Positions 11,691 to 24,309 of a DNA stretch of 64,000 bases are shown here, piece after piece. Source of the stretch: Camelus dromedarius (taxonomy: Eukaryota). How positions within the stretch are numbered: the first letter of the stretch is position 1; every line of letters starts with the position of its first letter. The stretch lies in assembly GCF_036321535.1 (NCBI RefSeq), contig NC_087436.1, forward strand, positions 7,998,001-8,062,000, read 5' to 3'. Position numbers and translations under genes: made by a program. The notes under the pieces were generated by a model that was given only the letters and a program-made list of their open reading frames with translations, did not search any database and was not told the DNA's origin.

Positions 11691-12229
11691 ATGTTGTCTT
11701 CCGTAACAACTGGGTCCTCAACCCCGCCTGGAAAACACCGTGCTTCTTATTCATGTGACATTTTATTACTGTCTAAGTAGCACATGCTGCTGATCACCTC
11801 CCACAAAATGCATCCTACAGATACTGGCTATGAAGAATGGGAAGACGTGGGGCAGCAGGAATCCAACAAACTGATGAGAATTGTGAGAAACTCCCTACAA
11901 AATGCACTGTTACTCCATCTAAAATATTAATTATCTGCACGCAAGTTTTCTCTAGCTACACTGTTATATATAACTAAAGAGGTATTTTTCCTAAGGCAAA
12001 CTCTCGGAACACGTGGTATGTCTTGGTGGCTCCCCTCCTTATAAACTTGTTTAGATTTTGTATTTAATTGTATTTAATATAATATATATATGTAGTAAAG
12101 TTTCTATACATATATGTATTTATTCTTTTAAGCAAAATATGTCATTTTTGTTAGAAACAAATATTCATTGCTATATGTGAAAATGGCAACTTGAGACAAC
12201 AAATATAAAATAATCATTGAGAAAAAGAG

Positions 12230-12263
<34 letters not shown>
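12230..12263. repeat. (TG)n microsatellite
   Basis: Seen directly. Confidence 0.95.
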
Positions 12264-12265
<2 letters not shown>

Positions 12266-14654
12266 AAATAATTAACCGGTGAGCTTATTCTTGATCAGGT
12301 AACTGGAGAAAAATGATCTTATATTATTTCTATATAGTAAAAAGATGTTTAAACATTTGTGAATAGCCCAAACACTTTCAATAACATTTGCTTGGAAATA
12401 TTTTACTGGCAGTCAAGACATATTATTTAAGCATATTTCAAATTATTTATGCATCCTGCAGTACTTTGGCAATGTGTGTACAGCAAGGCTGAACTGATGA
12501 CTTTGTAGTTGTCTTTCTGTTTGTTTGTTTTTGATCCTTCGCAGTAGTTGACAGATGAGTGAGAGAAGTTCTGTGCAGTTGATCTGATTAACTTAGTAGT
12601 CAGGGGGCTATAACAACCAGTGGTTTTTGAGCTTGCTTTCTTCTAAGAGAAGAGAAAGTAACAAACAAGTTAGACTGACTTTATCGTAGTCTTGCCAGAT
12701 GCTTGGTTCTCAGTTGCAATTTTAGCTTTTTCTTTCATCTCCTTCTCAATAGTAATTCATAAAGTGGTATATTTTTAAGGATGATTTTGGCATTTGAATT
12801 TGGCAAAAAAGTAGCTTTAGTGAGACCTGTTTCTCTTTTTGGGCTTATGTAATTTTAAAAGTTAGTTTTCATATTCCATGGCTATGTTTTAAAGAAGGAA
12901 GAAAATAAACACATTATTTGTGCATTTAGGTGACACTGCTAAAAATGAGAATTTGCTTTCTTTGTGTGTATTTTTATTAGCAGGGTCCATTTTTGAATTT
13001 TTCCAAAATAAAGAGGGAAATTTAAAAATAAATTAAACAAAAGAGAAGGAAGGGCTATTTGTTGCACAACTGAAGTGGCTTCCACCAGTCACTCTGCTCA
13101 GCTTCAGAGGCTGCTGAGATCAAGGTTTGTGGTCCTCCTCACCTGATAGATGGGACAAAGCACCCGATGGCTGAAGTTCCCTTTCTTAAGATCTTTAAAT
13201 AAAGTCATGTTTTGAATTTTCTTCTGAACATTTACTATACATCAGCAAGTCAACTGAAGGTTATAATATCCATTATCTTACATTTTACATTTTGTCTTAA
13301 GCCTTTCGCTGTGTTCAGAGTGGCGTATTTGCACTGATCACTATCTCAGGGCCACTGTTGAACTCTTCACTTCCTAGGATGGGCGTTTAAATGAGTGGAC
13401 TTAATATCCCCTCTAACAACGTGTGTATTTCATGAGAATTTTGTGATAATTTGATAATTTAACAATTGTTTCTGCCCTTGCTTTTTTTTTTTTTTTTTGG
13501 TCTGTCTATCCTTCTATCTTTCTACCCATGTATCATCTATTTAACTACCTATTGATTTATTTGCATTACTTCCCAGCAGACTTAGCTGTTTCTAGGGAAC
13601 TGAATGCCAACATTAATAGTAAACCTTTTGGAAGACTACCAAGAGAAACCAAGTGTTATGAAATCAACTTCCCTTGTTGACCTTTTTTATGGACTAGATG
13701 GAAATATATAAGGTAAATTATTATAAACCTAGTACAACAGGATGGCATTGGATAAATTTGGGGGATTTTTATAATTTTTTATACATTTGGAGGCTTGTGT
13801 TTGGGGAAAAATTAGCTCTAGGGAAAGTGAACTTTCCATCTGTTCTGCCTTTCTTCACTCTACCTTCAGGGGAAAATTGTGTTTATTTGAACTTTTAACC
13901 CAAGAACATTAATTGGGTCCCCTTACTAAGTGATAGATTTCTCAAGAATTATAAAAAGAAGTCTGTACTGCATGAAAGCAAAAACACTTATTTATCTTTC
14001 CCCTGGAACTGGCTGAGATGTAAACTCTGGTGTATTTTTACCTCTATAATAAATATTAACTGCAACATAGGTGCCAAGAAAGAGTTTTCAATATATATAA
14101 AAAAAAAGTCTTACTGACAAGCACATGGATGATAAAATACTATTTTTGTTTCACTTCCTCATCATATTTCCATTTTCTCTCAGCAAATAGTTATAACAAG
14201 ACTTAGTCAATGGTTCAGTAATTGCCAGACTAAAAAGAACATCAGAAAGACAATCTTTTGCTGTCAACTTCAAAGGAATTCTATGCCTATGATAAGAAGA
14301 ATAAAAAAAAAATAGTTATTCAAGGATGTACTCTTCTTTTGAGAAATACTTTATTATATTTCATTAAATTGGAAGTGAGTAGGAAGGAAAACAAGGTGCT
14401 GTCATTCTCTCAACAGAAAGTATAACAAAGTGTAACAGTCAGTTATTAAACCCAATCAAATCAAGCATCAGGCTGAGACTATTAAATTTTCCATTTTGTA
14501 TGCATGCTAAATATGGGTAACTAATATTAATTCTATATTACTTAAACTATAAATAAAATATGAAATGTATATTAAATATATAATTTCTCCATGAGAAATG
14601 CAAACTGTTCATAGAGCGTTAGCAGAATGTTACCCAAATCCAAACTCCTTAACA

Positions 14655-14750
14655 CCTTTATTGTGGTATAAATCCTATACAGTGAACTACACATATTTTA
14701 GATGAACAATTTGATGAATTTTGATAGATGTACACACCCAGTGATGACTA
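14655..14750 (-). mobile_element. Old L1M 3'-terminal fragment
   Basis: TTTTATTGTGGTATAAAT..ATACAGTGAA..TTTGATGAATTTTGA. Confidence 0.6.
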
Positions 14751-15061
14751 CATATCATGTGGTGAATTGCAAGTAACGAAGATATTATTGTATCACTTTT
14801 ATTGTAAAAGTTCACTTACATAATTGTGATTAGCAAAAATTTTATATTATTTGATGTCCTTATTATTCAAAAATGTTAACTATTTTCTAGAGCTCTATGT
14901 TTCAAAAAAAAGGGAAACCATTTAAGAGATAAAAATACATAAATCTATCTGCTGTTTGCACAAGAGATCTAAGGAGGATATTGTTAATCCTTAGAAGAGA
15001 GAGAAATGCTCTTGTTTTCACTTGAATGACTGTCAAAGCATATACATTTTTTAAAATGTGT

Positions 15062-15160
15062 ATTATTTTTATGGAAGTCTAGTTGATTTACAATATTGTG
15101 TTAATTTCAGGTGTACAGCAATGTGATTCATATATATATATATGTAAATATCATTTTTTT
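15062..15160 (-). mobile_element. Short L1 3' end
   Basis: TTTTATGGAAGTCTAGTTGATTTACAATATTGTGTTAATTTCAGGTGTACAGCA. Confidence 0.75.
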
Positions 15161-17790
15161 TGAGCATCACCTTGCCAGCTCATTGAGAGGCAGATTGCTA
15201 TGCCAACATCTCAATGATTTCAAATAAATTCAGTCTAGTATAAGTTCCAGGGCCCTCCATTTTAAACCTTAATTGATTATCATAAGGGTGATCCACTTCT
15301 CAGAGTAATTTAGATGAACATAGTCAATGGCTTTTACTTGCTTGTTTGTTTTTATTTGTTGTTATTTAATTGGTGGGGAAAGAAGATAAAAGGAATAAAG
15401 CAGTTTTAAGCCTTATGTCACTTTATATAATATCGTAAAGAATATAGGAATTGGCTTCTCAAAACTCTGCAGGAAAGACATTTTTGGGAATTTGGAAATG
15501 GCTGTTCGGAGGAAGAAATACCCAGGAAATGGTAGAAAAGCTGGTTTGGGGAGAATTGTGAATGGTCAGAAGCACAAATTGGCAAAGATGAAAGCGGAAC
15601 TGGGAAGAATGCTAATGGCTGGCATTTAATCTGTTCCTTGTTCTGATTCGGGCTTTAATCTCTAGTTCCCCACGGCATTCTTGTTACTCTCAAACTTTCA
15701 GCTTTCGAAGTGTCACTGCTATAAACTTGAATTATTTTTTTTATTATTATTTTTTTAGGAATTAAAGCTAAGGAAACATAAACAACTGGACAGAACAAAA
15801 GGGGAAGATGACAGCTCTGGCAGATAGTAATTGAAATAGGTCTGGGAAAAGACACTCGGGGTGAGAGATCATAGTACACAAAGCCAAGTCTTCAGGCCGC
15901 GTGAGAAGTACTGGTGATGGCAGGGGAGATTTTCAGTAGAACCTGTATTGGAAACCGGAATGATTTTACTTGGACTAAAAGGCTGGAGGACCAGGAACCC
16001 AAAGGGTTGTGTAGATTTGAATATTTGAAAGCATTTTACATGTATTTAAGCGTGTGTGGAATCCCAAAACTCTGAACAGGAGGGTATTTTTCTGAATTAT
16101 TTTAATTAAAACTTTCTTAGAAACAGTGATTCTGATGAAAGCTGGCAGATAAACCTGAAAATGGAAAGGTATAGAGAATGGCAATTTGCAATGACAATCC
16201 AAAATACAGCAGCTGCTGCAAACGAACATTTCACAGCAAAATTCACAAAAATGGGGATGCTAATTGGATAAGATCAAGGGACCAAGCAGACGATCATGAA
16301 CAAAATATACAAAAGGATGAAAACTCCAACCGAGCTGTCTTCCCCAAATCTGTTTTCCATGTGCATCATGCCTGAAAGGAAAGCTGCTTCACTTCCAGAA
16401 TAATAAGACAATTTACTTAGTTATTAAATCTGACATTGAAATTGGGAAGAATGATTTGTTCTGTAACCCTGTAAGATATTTTGGGGATGTGTAGGTAAGG
16501 TGTGTGGGTTTGTTAAACCTCTGCATCACGTATTCAAAAAGCTGCAGCATGGTTTGTGTCCAATAGATTCATCCATTCTCTAAGTGTTTTAACAAAGAAA
16601 GAACATGTCTGATACTTTGATACCTAGTCAGATAAATCACAAAATAAGTTTTGAGCAGTTATGGGAGATGATATATGACCATACACCAAGAGGTAATGAA
16701 AAGCTCTAAATTGTTTAGTAAGCAAGGCAACCAACTCGTTTGATCCAATGCCTGGCAGTTTCTTTTCACTCTGCCTATTGTCCTGTTTTTTGTTGTTTTG
16801 TTTTGTTTGTTTGTTTGATGCAAATCAGGGAACAAACACTATTATATCCTGTGCACTTGGTTAGCACATTTTCCTCTCATTATCACATCATTCTTTGTTC
16901 AAAGAATATTTGATGTGTATGATGGCTTTTGAACCTTAAGGATGACCAGGAAGAAATATTCAAATAATGCTTTGAATTCACATCAAATATTCATCAACAT
17001 TTCAGAAGACAAACTTACCAGAATTTGCTAAATGCCACAGGAAATTCATTTTGGGTAAGGAAAAATAATTAGTCTTGGTAAAAGTCATCACCTAGGATTG
17101 AAAGAATAAACAATTGCGGGAGATTTATTTGATATGGCCTATCCCAATTAGGAACAGCTGCCTCTAATCACAGACCTGTACAGCCCTCAGGATTGCCGGC
17201 ATTTTGCTTCATTCTGAATTAGTTTGTATTGTCCCACAGAAACTATTAATTTCATTTTTAATTTAGTAATGGAAATACTCATCTCAAAAGCATCTTCGTA
17301 TGTCTGCCGCTGCTCTCTCAATTGGCTCAGAGCTTTTTTCTCCAATTAGGCACAAAGATTAGTGTTACAGTTTAATGTGAATGAGAAAATAGAAAAGAAA
17401 CATTAGACACACTTCTCCTCCATAATTAAACACAGCTTTCTCCTAAAGATGAAAACGAAGGGAATAAATATAATCAACTTATACTGAATCTATTTTAGAA
17501 ACTACTAATTTTTAAAAGTATTTGAAAAGTTTTTAAAACAGTAAAAATATATTCTCATTGCTATTATTAAAAAAAAAGGATTTTCTGTTTTGATCACAAA
17601 TAGCAAAGCCACAAGAAAATAAATAAATGATAAATAAGCCCTAAAACAAAAATAAGTGAAATGTTGAAAATTGCAGAGATGACTTTGTATCAATATTTAA
17701 TAATCTTAAGGAGAATCAATATTGATCACTTTCAAATGTATACTTTTAATTATTGTATAAAAGTCTTAGAGAAGCCTTATTAAATTCTGT

Positions 17791-18016
17791 AATTTTTATT
17801 GAAGTATAATTGGTTTAAAATGTACTAATTTCTGGTGTACAGCATAGTAAATCAGTTATACATATGTACATACTCCATTTCATATTCTTTTTCATTATAA
17901 GTTACTGCAAAATACTGAATATAGTTCCCTGTGCTATACAGTAGGACCTTGTTGTGTATCTATTTTATATATAGTAGTTAGTATCTGCAAATCCCAAACT
18001 CCCAATCTATTCCTTT
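17791..18016 (-). mobile_element. 5'-truncated artiodactyl/camelid L1 3' end
   Basis: AATATAGTTCCCTGTGCTATACAGTAGGACCTTGTTG motif; TSD AATTCTGT (17783-17790 / 18017-18024). Confidence 0.88.
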
Positions 18017-18831
18017 AATTCTGTGTTGGTTATTCAACAACATTCACAAAAGGTGTTCTTGATCAATGATTGTTAGAGGTAGAAAGTTCTCTGTGGGGAA
18101 CATACCAGTGGTGAGAAATGGATTGCAAGTACTAATATGTCTGTGTGTTAGTTTTTAATGATGAAAATTCATGGAAAATACTTTTCAAAAATATAACAAC
18201 AGTTTATTAAGTATATCCTTAAGGAATGGTCACATGAGGTTACCCAGATTGACCTGGTCACTAAAAAGAAAATGAGAAAAATTAACCTATTAAGTTTAAT
18301 GCAAAGATGATGTGATTTACCAATTCCTCAGGTTTTATTACAATATTTTTCTTTCTTTTTTAATAGATAGTTAATGGTGAATCTGATATTTTTATGAATT
18401 GATTTAGTTGGAACTCAACACCAGTTTGAGGCAATCTTTCCAGTCTATTTTACAGTTACTCTGTTTGATGCTATGAAACTCATAAATACAGCAGAGAATT
18501 CACAGCTTTTATTCCATAAAATTGGCCTTTATCTAAACATATATCAGTGCTTAAAAATAGAATTTTGTTGCTGTTCTGTTTTACATGGTTAAATGGTCGT
18601 ATTAATACTTATTCTTATTTCACAACTTCAGTTTATTTTGAGGGTTTCCTGAAATATGCACGTTGGGGATTCAACTAAATAATGAGTTAATTCATACATG
18701 TTTAAATAATGAGGTAATTCAAACGTGTGTGTGTGTGTATTTTATTCAGACATTTTTATACTATTACTGATAGGTTAGTCAGTGAATTAAGAGAAACATT
18801 TTCTAGTAATTAGTTTAAATTAAATTTATAT

Positions 18832-19295
18832 TGTCCACTGAACAAGAGTGCACAATGTGAGAGTTGTGAGTTGAGTTTTATTTGGGGCTTACTGAGGACT
18901 ACAGCCCAGGAGACAGCCTCCCAGAGAGCTCTGAGGACGTGCTCTGCAGAGGTGGTGGGGGGGGTCAGTATATATGTGACTTTTAATGAAGGGCTGGTAC
19001 GTGCAATCAAACACACATTTTGGCAGAAGGTTATTGATAGTCATGAGGGATGAATGTCTCCATGAATGATTTTAGTGCTTTTCTAAATATGAGGAGATGC
19101 AACAATTTAGGCTCATAAACTCTTCTGAAAATATCTATCTGAAGGTCTGTTCTGACAGTTTTTCCAGAGCACTGAGTGCCTCATTCCTGATTCCATCCTG
19201 AGCTCCTCCCAGGGTATATTGAGGGTCAGCGACTGCAGTGGCTCATGACCTCATTCTTGTGGAACCAGATGGCAAACAACCATTTTTAGTTGGCA
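18832..19295 (-). mobile_element. ERV1 solo LTR (MER41-like group)
   Basis: TG...CA termini, TTTATT (minus-strand polyA signal) at ~18877, homology to 3450-3695. Confidence 0.85.
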
Positions 19296-19688
19296 TAAAA
19301 ATAATCTCTCTTCATCCAAACTTTGAATAAATGGATCTAAAAATACATGCACATAAGGAGGCATTTCTTCTTTTGAAGACATAATCTGCTAGTTTTTCAC
19401 CCCAAAGATGCCACATCAATGTGGACCCACTTATTGGATGGGTTCTGCGTAGCAATTCTACTGTCTTATTTTTGAGTCACTGTCAGCTCTTATTAAATAA
19501 GACAGCTCTGAATTGAACTTTAGGATATTATCTGGGTCATCCCTGCTGCATCAAGAAGAATATATTTGATATTTCTGAACTGGGTCAGTTCTCAGTTCAC
19601 AGCAATCATAAATGTTTTGGTCTTTATATTTAAAAACTTTAAGGGATATGTAAAAGTGAAGTCTATTTAAGAGTAAAAGAGTATTAAC

Positions 19689-20080
19689 TCACAATAAGTG
19701 AAGTAAGCCAGAAAGAGAAAGAAAAATACCATATGAGATTGCTCATATGTGGAATCTAAACAAACAAAAACAAATAAACAAAAACAAAGCATAAATACAG
19801 GACAGAAATAGACTCATAGACAGAGAATACAGACTTGTGGTTACCAGGGGGGCAGAGGGTGGGAAGGGATAGACTGGGATTTCAAAATTGTAGAATAGAT
19901 AAACAAGATTATACTGTATAGCACAGGGAAATATACACAAAATGTTATGGTAGATCACAGAGAAAAAAATGTGACAATGAGTGTGTATATGTCCATGTAT
20001 GACTGAAAAATTGTGCTGAACACTGGAATTTGACACAACATTGTAAAATGATTATAAATCAATAAAAAATGTTAAAAAAA
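19689..20080 (+). mobile_element. Camelid-type L1 3' end, 5'-truncated
   Basis: AAGTGAAGTAAGCCAGAAAGAGAAAGA..TATACTGTATAGCACAGGGAAATATAC..AATAAAAAATGTTAAAAAAA. Confidence 0.9.
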
Positions 20081-20659
20081 GAATAGGACATTCTAAAGCA
20101 TATAATACTGCAGAGTATTACATTTTCCTCTTTTCCTCTAAAAGATATCATTTTTTCCTCCCTACACTTAGCAATATATAACTGAGCTTTCTTCATTATA
20201 CAGTCTAATTATGTCTTATGACAGGAATATGTGCTTCCCTGGAGAGTAACATAATATTTACAAAAGCATCTAATAAACTATTATTTAGAAGAGGATAAAA
20301 CTCTTTGAATACCCGAGAAATTCTAGGGAATCTGAAGAGAACTGCTGAATGAAAAGCATTTTTATGAAGGAAGTATTTGGAAATCTCTAAAGGAACTCTG
20401 GAACTGAGATTAGTCAATCGGATGTAGACTTTTAAAAATCACGAGACATATTATAAACACATTTCCATAGATCTTCAAATATTCCAAATGAGACATTTCC
20501 ATATGGACACATTTATGTATATGAATACACACACACACACACACATACAACTATTCTAATGTGTAAATAAGCAATGCTTTTAATATATATGCTACCATAT
20601 CATCCTTGAGTCCTTAACCTCAGTAAACTCACTTGTCCTCCATATTAAATTAGTCAAGG

Positions 20660-20882
20660 TATCAAAAGTGGTAAAGTAAATAGCAATCCAGCTTTGTCCC
20701 TGAACAATTATGCCACCTCAGATAAGTTACAGATATTCCACCCCTCAGTTTCCTTAGTTAAATGGGGAAAACTGACAGCATCTGTCCCACTGGGTTTTTG
20801 CAACTGTTAATCACTAATGCGTGTGCAGCTTTTGGAATTATCCCTAGCACCTAGTAAGCTTTCATAATGGTTAACTATTGCC
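20660..20882 (+). mobile_element. MIR SINE
   Basis: CCTCAGTTTCCT..TAAATGGGGA core and TAGCACCTAGTAAG..TAACTATT tail. Confidence 0.7.
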
Positions 20883-21179
20883 ATTTTGACCTCTGTTAAA
20901 TCAAAACAATTAATAAAGAGAAGAGTTAAGAGGGACAGTCTTTTGCATTGGTGGGGAATGCAACCCATCAATTCCTCAGTTAAGGAATTGAGTCAGCAAA
21001 TTCAGAAGAAATTCCACAGAGCCATCAAAACCTGTGAGAGAGAACTTAAAACAAGCATAACTGCATAAAATGGTTTATTTATCCTATTTTAAGTGGAAGA
21101 ATGAATGTAGCCAAGGACACCAAAAGTTCTCACCAAGTAGAGATTAAGTCTTATTTTAAGCTCTATGTCACAGACAAAG

Positions 21180-21420
21180 CATAAAATTTATTTTGTAGGT
21201 ATTTCTAGGTCCCCTATGTTGTTCTACTCATCTAATTTTCCATTATTTTAGCAAAACCACACCATCTCAAGTACCGTAGGTTTAACAAATCTTGAAGTTA
21301 GGCAGTGTCAGTCTTCCAACTTTGTCCTTCTTCAGTATTGTTTTGGATATTCTGCATCCTTTGCCTTTCCAAATAGATTTTATAATTGATGTCTTAATAT
21401 CAACAAAATAAGCTGGTGGG
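21180..21420 (-). mobile_element. Old L1 ORF2 fragment
   Basis: AATCTTGAAGTTAGGCAGTGTCAGTCTTCCAACTTTGT..TTTTGGATATTCTG..CCTTTGCCTTTCCA. Confidence 0.7.
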
Positions 21421-21469
21421 AGAAAAAGGAAGCACTGTAAAATTCAGTAGTAAAAATGAATATTTCTAT

Positions 21470-21715
21470 GGGAAGGGATAAATTGGGAGTTTGAGAACTG
21501 CTAACATTAACTACTATGTACAAAATTGATAAAAGTAAAACAGATTTCTTCTGTACAGCACAGAGAACTATATTCAATACCTTGTAGTACCTTATAATGA
21601 AAAAGAATATGAAAATAAATACATGCATGTATATGTCTGACTGAAGCATTATGCGTTACACCAGAAATTGACCCGTTGTAACTGCCTGTATTTCAATAAA
21701 AAATAAATTTAAATT
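21470..21715 (+). mobile_element. Artiodactyl/camelid L1 3' end
   Basis: GGGATAAATTGGGAGTTTGAGA..CTGTACAGCACAGAGAACTATATTCAATA..AATAAAAAA; diverged TSD AAA(A/G)TGAATATTT(C/A)TA. Confidence 0.88.
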
Positions 21716-24024
21716 TGAAAGTGAATATTTATAGCATCTCTGTCACACCCAGGTGTGGTGTGGATATCCTCACCAACAAACCTCTTCTTAGTTTCAGCTT
21801 GTCAGTCACGTTTCTGCCACTCCATGACCTCCATCAAGTGTTTTCTCGACACATATTTTTTTTTCACCTCTCAAAGCCTGTCAAAGAATTGGCCCTCTAT
21901 GAACATTAGATAATTAGTTAATTGCTTCATGTATACATTATTTCATTAATTAATATTTTATTTATTAGTTCTAAGTGAATAAAATCCCTGTAGTGGATTA
22001 TGTAGAGGCATTTTGTAGGAATTATAGGCAAAGTAATTTGCTAAGAGATCACTGTACAATTTATGGAAATATTCCCCCATATAGTTAAATATATATATAT
22101 CAAATCTTTCTATTCTATGCATTCTAAACAAAAATAGTTTAATCTTACTCTTTGACAGAAAATTATCTATTCCATTGATAGTTTGTTCCTAAGAATTTGC
22201 ACATTCAAGATTAAACTTATAATTAGTTACTCTGACTAAAATATACAACTCTTTACCTTCTCCAACTGAAAACTTTGGGGGTTTAAATATTGATAAATAC
22301 TATTATATTGTTTCTTCACTTTTAAATAATTGTTCCTTTTTTGAGTATGTGTAACTTAAGTTTTTATTTTACTATGTGTTTTAAAGAATTATCCCTGGGA
22401 CTTGATATATATATATATATTTTTTTTTTTTTTAACTACTCACACTTTCATCTATTTGTTTTGTTGTTCTTTTTCCTTTTTCTTTTTTTTTTTGGTAGAA
22501 TGCTTACATTACTCATTTTTATCTTTATTTTCTAATAGATGAATTTATATATACACATTACAAATAGTATGCAATATAGCTGTAATTAATCTCTAATTGA
22601 ATATGTCTTTAGACTGATTTTTTCAATTTCAAAATTATATCTTTCTGTTTTTCATTTTTTGTTAATTTTCAATTGCATTTAATATGTAAAAATTATTTGA
22701 ATTTTATTCAGATTTGGTTTTGTTATATTATATAATTAAATTCAAATTTTTGAGGTTTTTAAGTATGGTAAAAAAAAAGGTATATTATTTATTTACAAAA
22801 TCCCAATAGAATCTAAAGTCCTAAAATATAAACAAGTATCAAAACAATTTTTGATCACTGTATATTTTGGGGTTTCTAAGATTCTCTTCATGAAAAAGAA
22901 GACTTCCATATTTTAAAAACTTAATTCTAGAAATGTAATGACCTTCTTTCTTTACATAATTTTGCTGAAAATATCTGCATTTAGACAATTTGTAAACAAC
23001 TAAGATTTAAGAATGGAGAAAGGAACAAGAGTCTTATCATCTGTTTTTTAATCCTTTATATCTATTGATCAACTGTGCCCTCAATTTTTTATGGGGAAGG
23101 AACTAGTGTCTTAAAGTCTGAAATTGTTTGTATTTATATTTGAGAAAGCTTATCTGGTTTTAATATTTGTACTGTCATGCAAACAGCAGAGGAATAGTGA
23201 GTCCCAGGAAGTAGATATGTTTTTGAATTAGACAAAGAATGCCACAGGAAATACTTAATGACAATTTAATAGATGTTTTGAAGAGAGGGGGCCACATTAG
23301 GATACTTGATTGCTACCCCATCTGCATGATTGAACTGTTATAGCCCAAATGTTTATCAATGTTCATACAAACGGAGAAGCTAATGAGATCAATTTCTCTG
23401 TTAATAGCCTCGCATTTTCCGACCTGTCAGGGCTGAGAGATGTTGCAGCCACAGGCACAGGCTCTGTCATCTGCTGTGAATGATGAGCTGGCGTTTTTCT
23501 GGTTGAACAAATTATGCAGAAAATAATGTTAGAGGTATAGAACCAGATTTCTGTGTCCAGATGAAAGCCAGTAATGACACGATTGTAACTTTTTAATTAG
23601 ATTTAATGCATGGAAATAATTGTGAAAAACATTCAAGCAATTGTCGTAGGATGTGTCCATAATGTTACATCATGGAAGCCCTTTATTTCATTCACAATTA
23701 GTATGATTCAGTTGATTATGTGAATTTCTCCAGTTTGCTTTCAGATCTTTCCAATTCTTTTCCCTAGATTATTTTCCCCAAATATCTTTAATTTATTCTA
23801 CTTCTAACAATATATAAGGTATATTTACTGAAACATATTACTTTAAAACGGTAAGATTATTCATTGGTGTCAATTGAACAAATTTCATCATTTAAGCACA
23901 TATATCATCTGCGTGCATTTAATTTGATTATTGAAAACTTCACTTCTTATTTCTTCAGAAAAATAAGCTGCTTTCTCCTTGATTTCTCCATTAAACTCAA
24001 GTCATTATAATTGATGAGTGACCA

Positions 24025-24300
24025 CAGTAGATAACATATTTTCAACCAAATTTTCATTTTCTCTTCCACCTCTGGAGAAAAGAATATTTCCCCCACTCAT
24101 TGATTTGGGGCTTTTCCAAGTGACTCCAAAGAAGTGACAGGGTGCTAGTCCCAAACACTCATTGGATGTTTATTCATCTCTGTGGCAGCTTCTAACTTTG
24201 TCAAGAGAAGAACTTGCCCTGAAGAGATCCTGCCCCTGCAACCTGGACACTGGAGTAGGACACCTGGGATAGAGTCTCTTCAACTGGGCTTCACACCTGC
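24025..24300 (+). mobile_element. Probable ancient MLT1 LTR fragment
   Basis: ATTTCCCCCACTCATTGATTTGGGGCTT..AAGTGACT..AGAAGTGAC resembles the MLT1H/J 5' part. Confidence 0.45.
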
Positions 24301-24309
24301 TTCATAGTC

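Noticed and set aside
16178..16375. ATG-initiated 65-aa ORF in unique sequence
   Set aside because: No recognisable domain and no convincing splice context; the length is compatible with chance.
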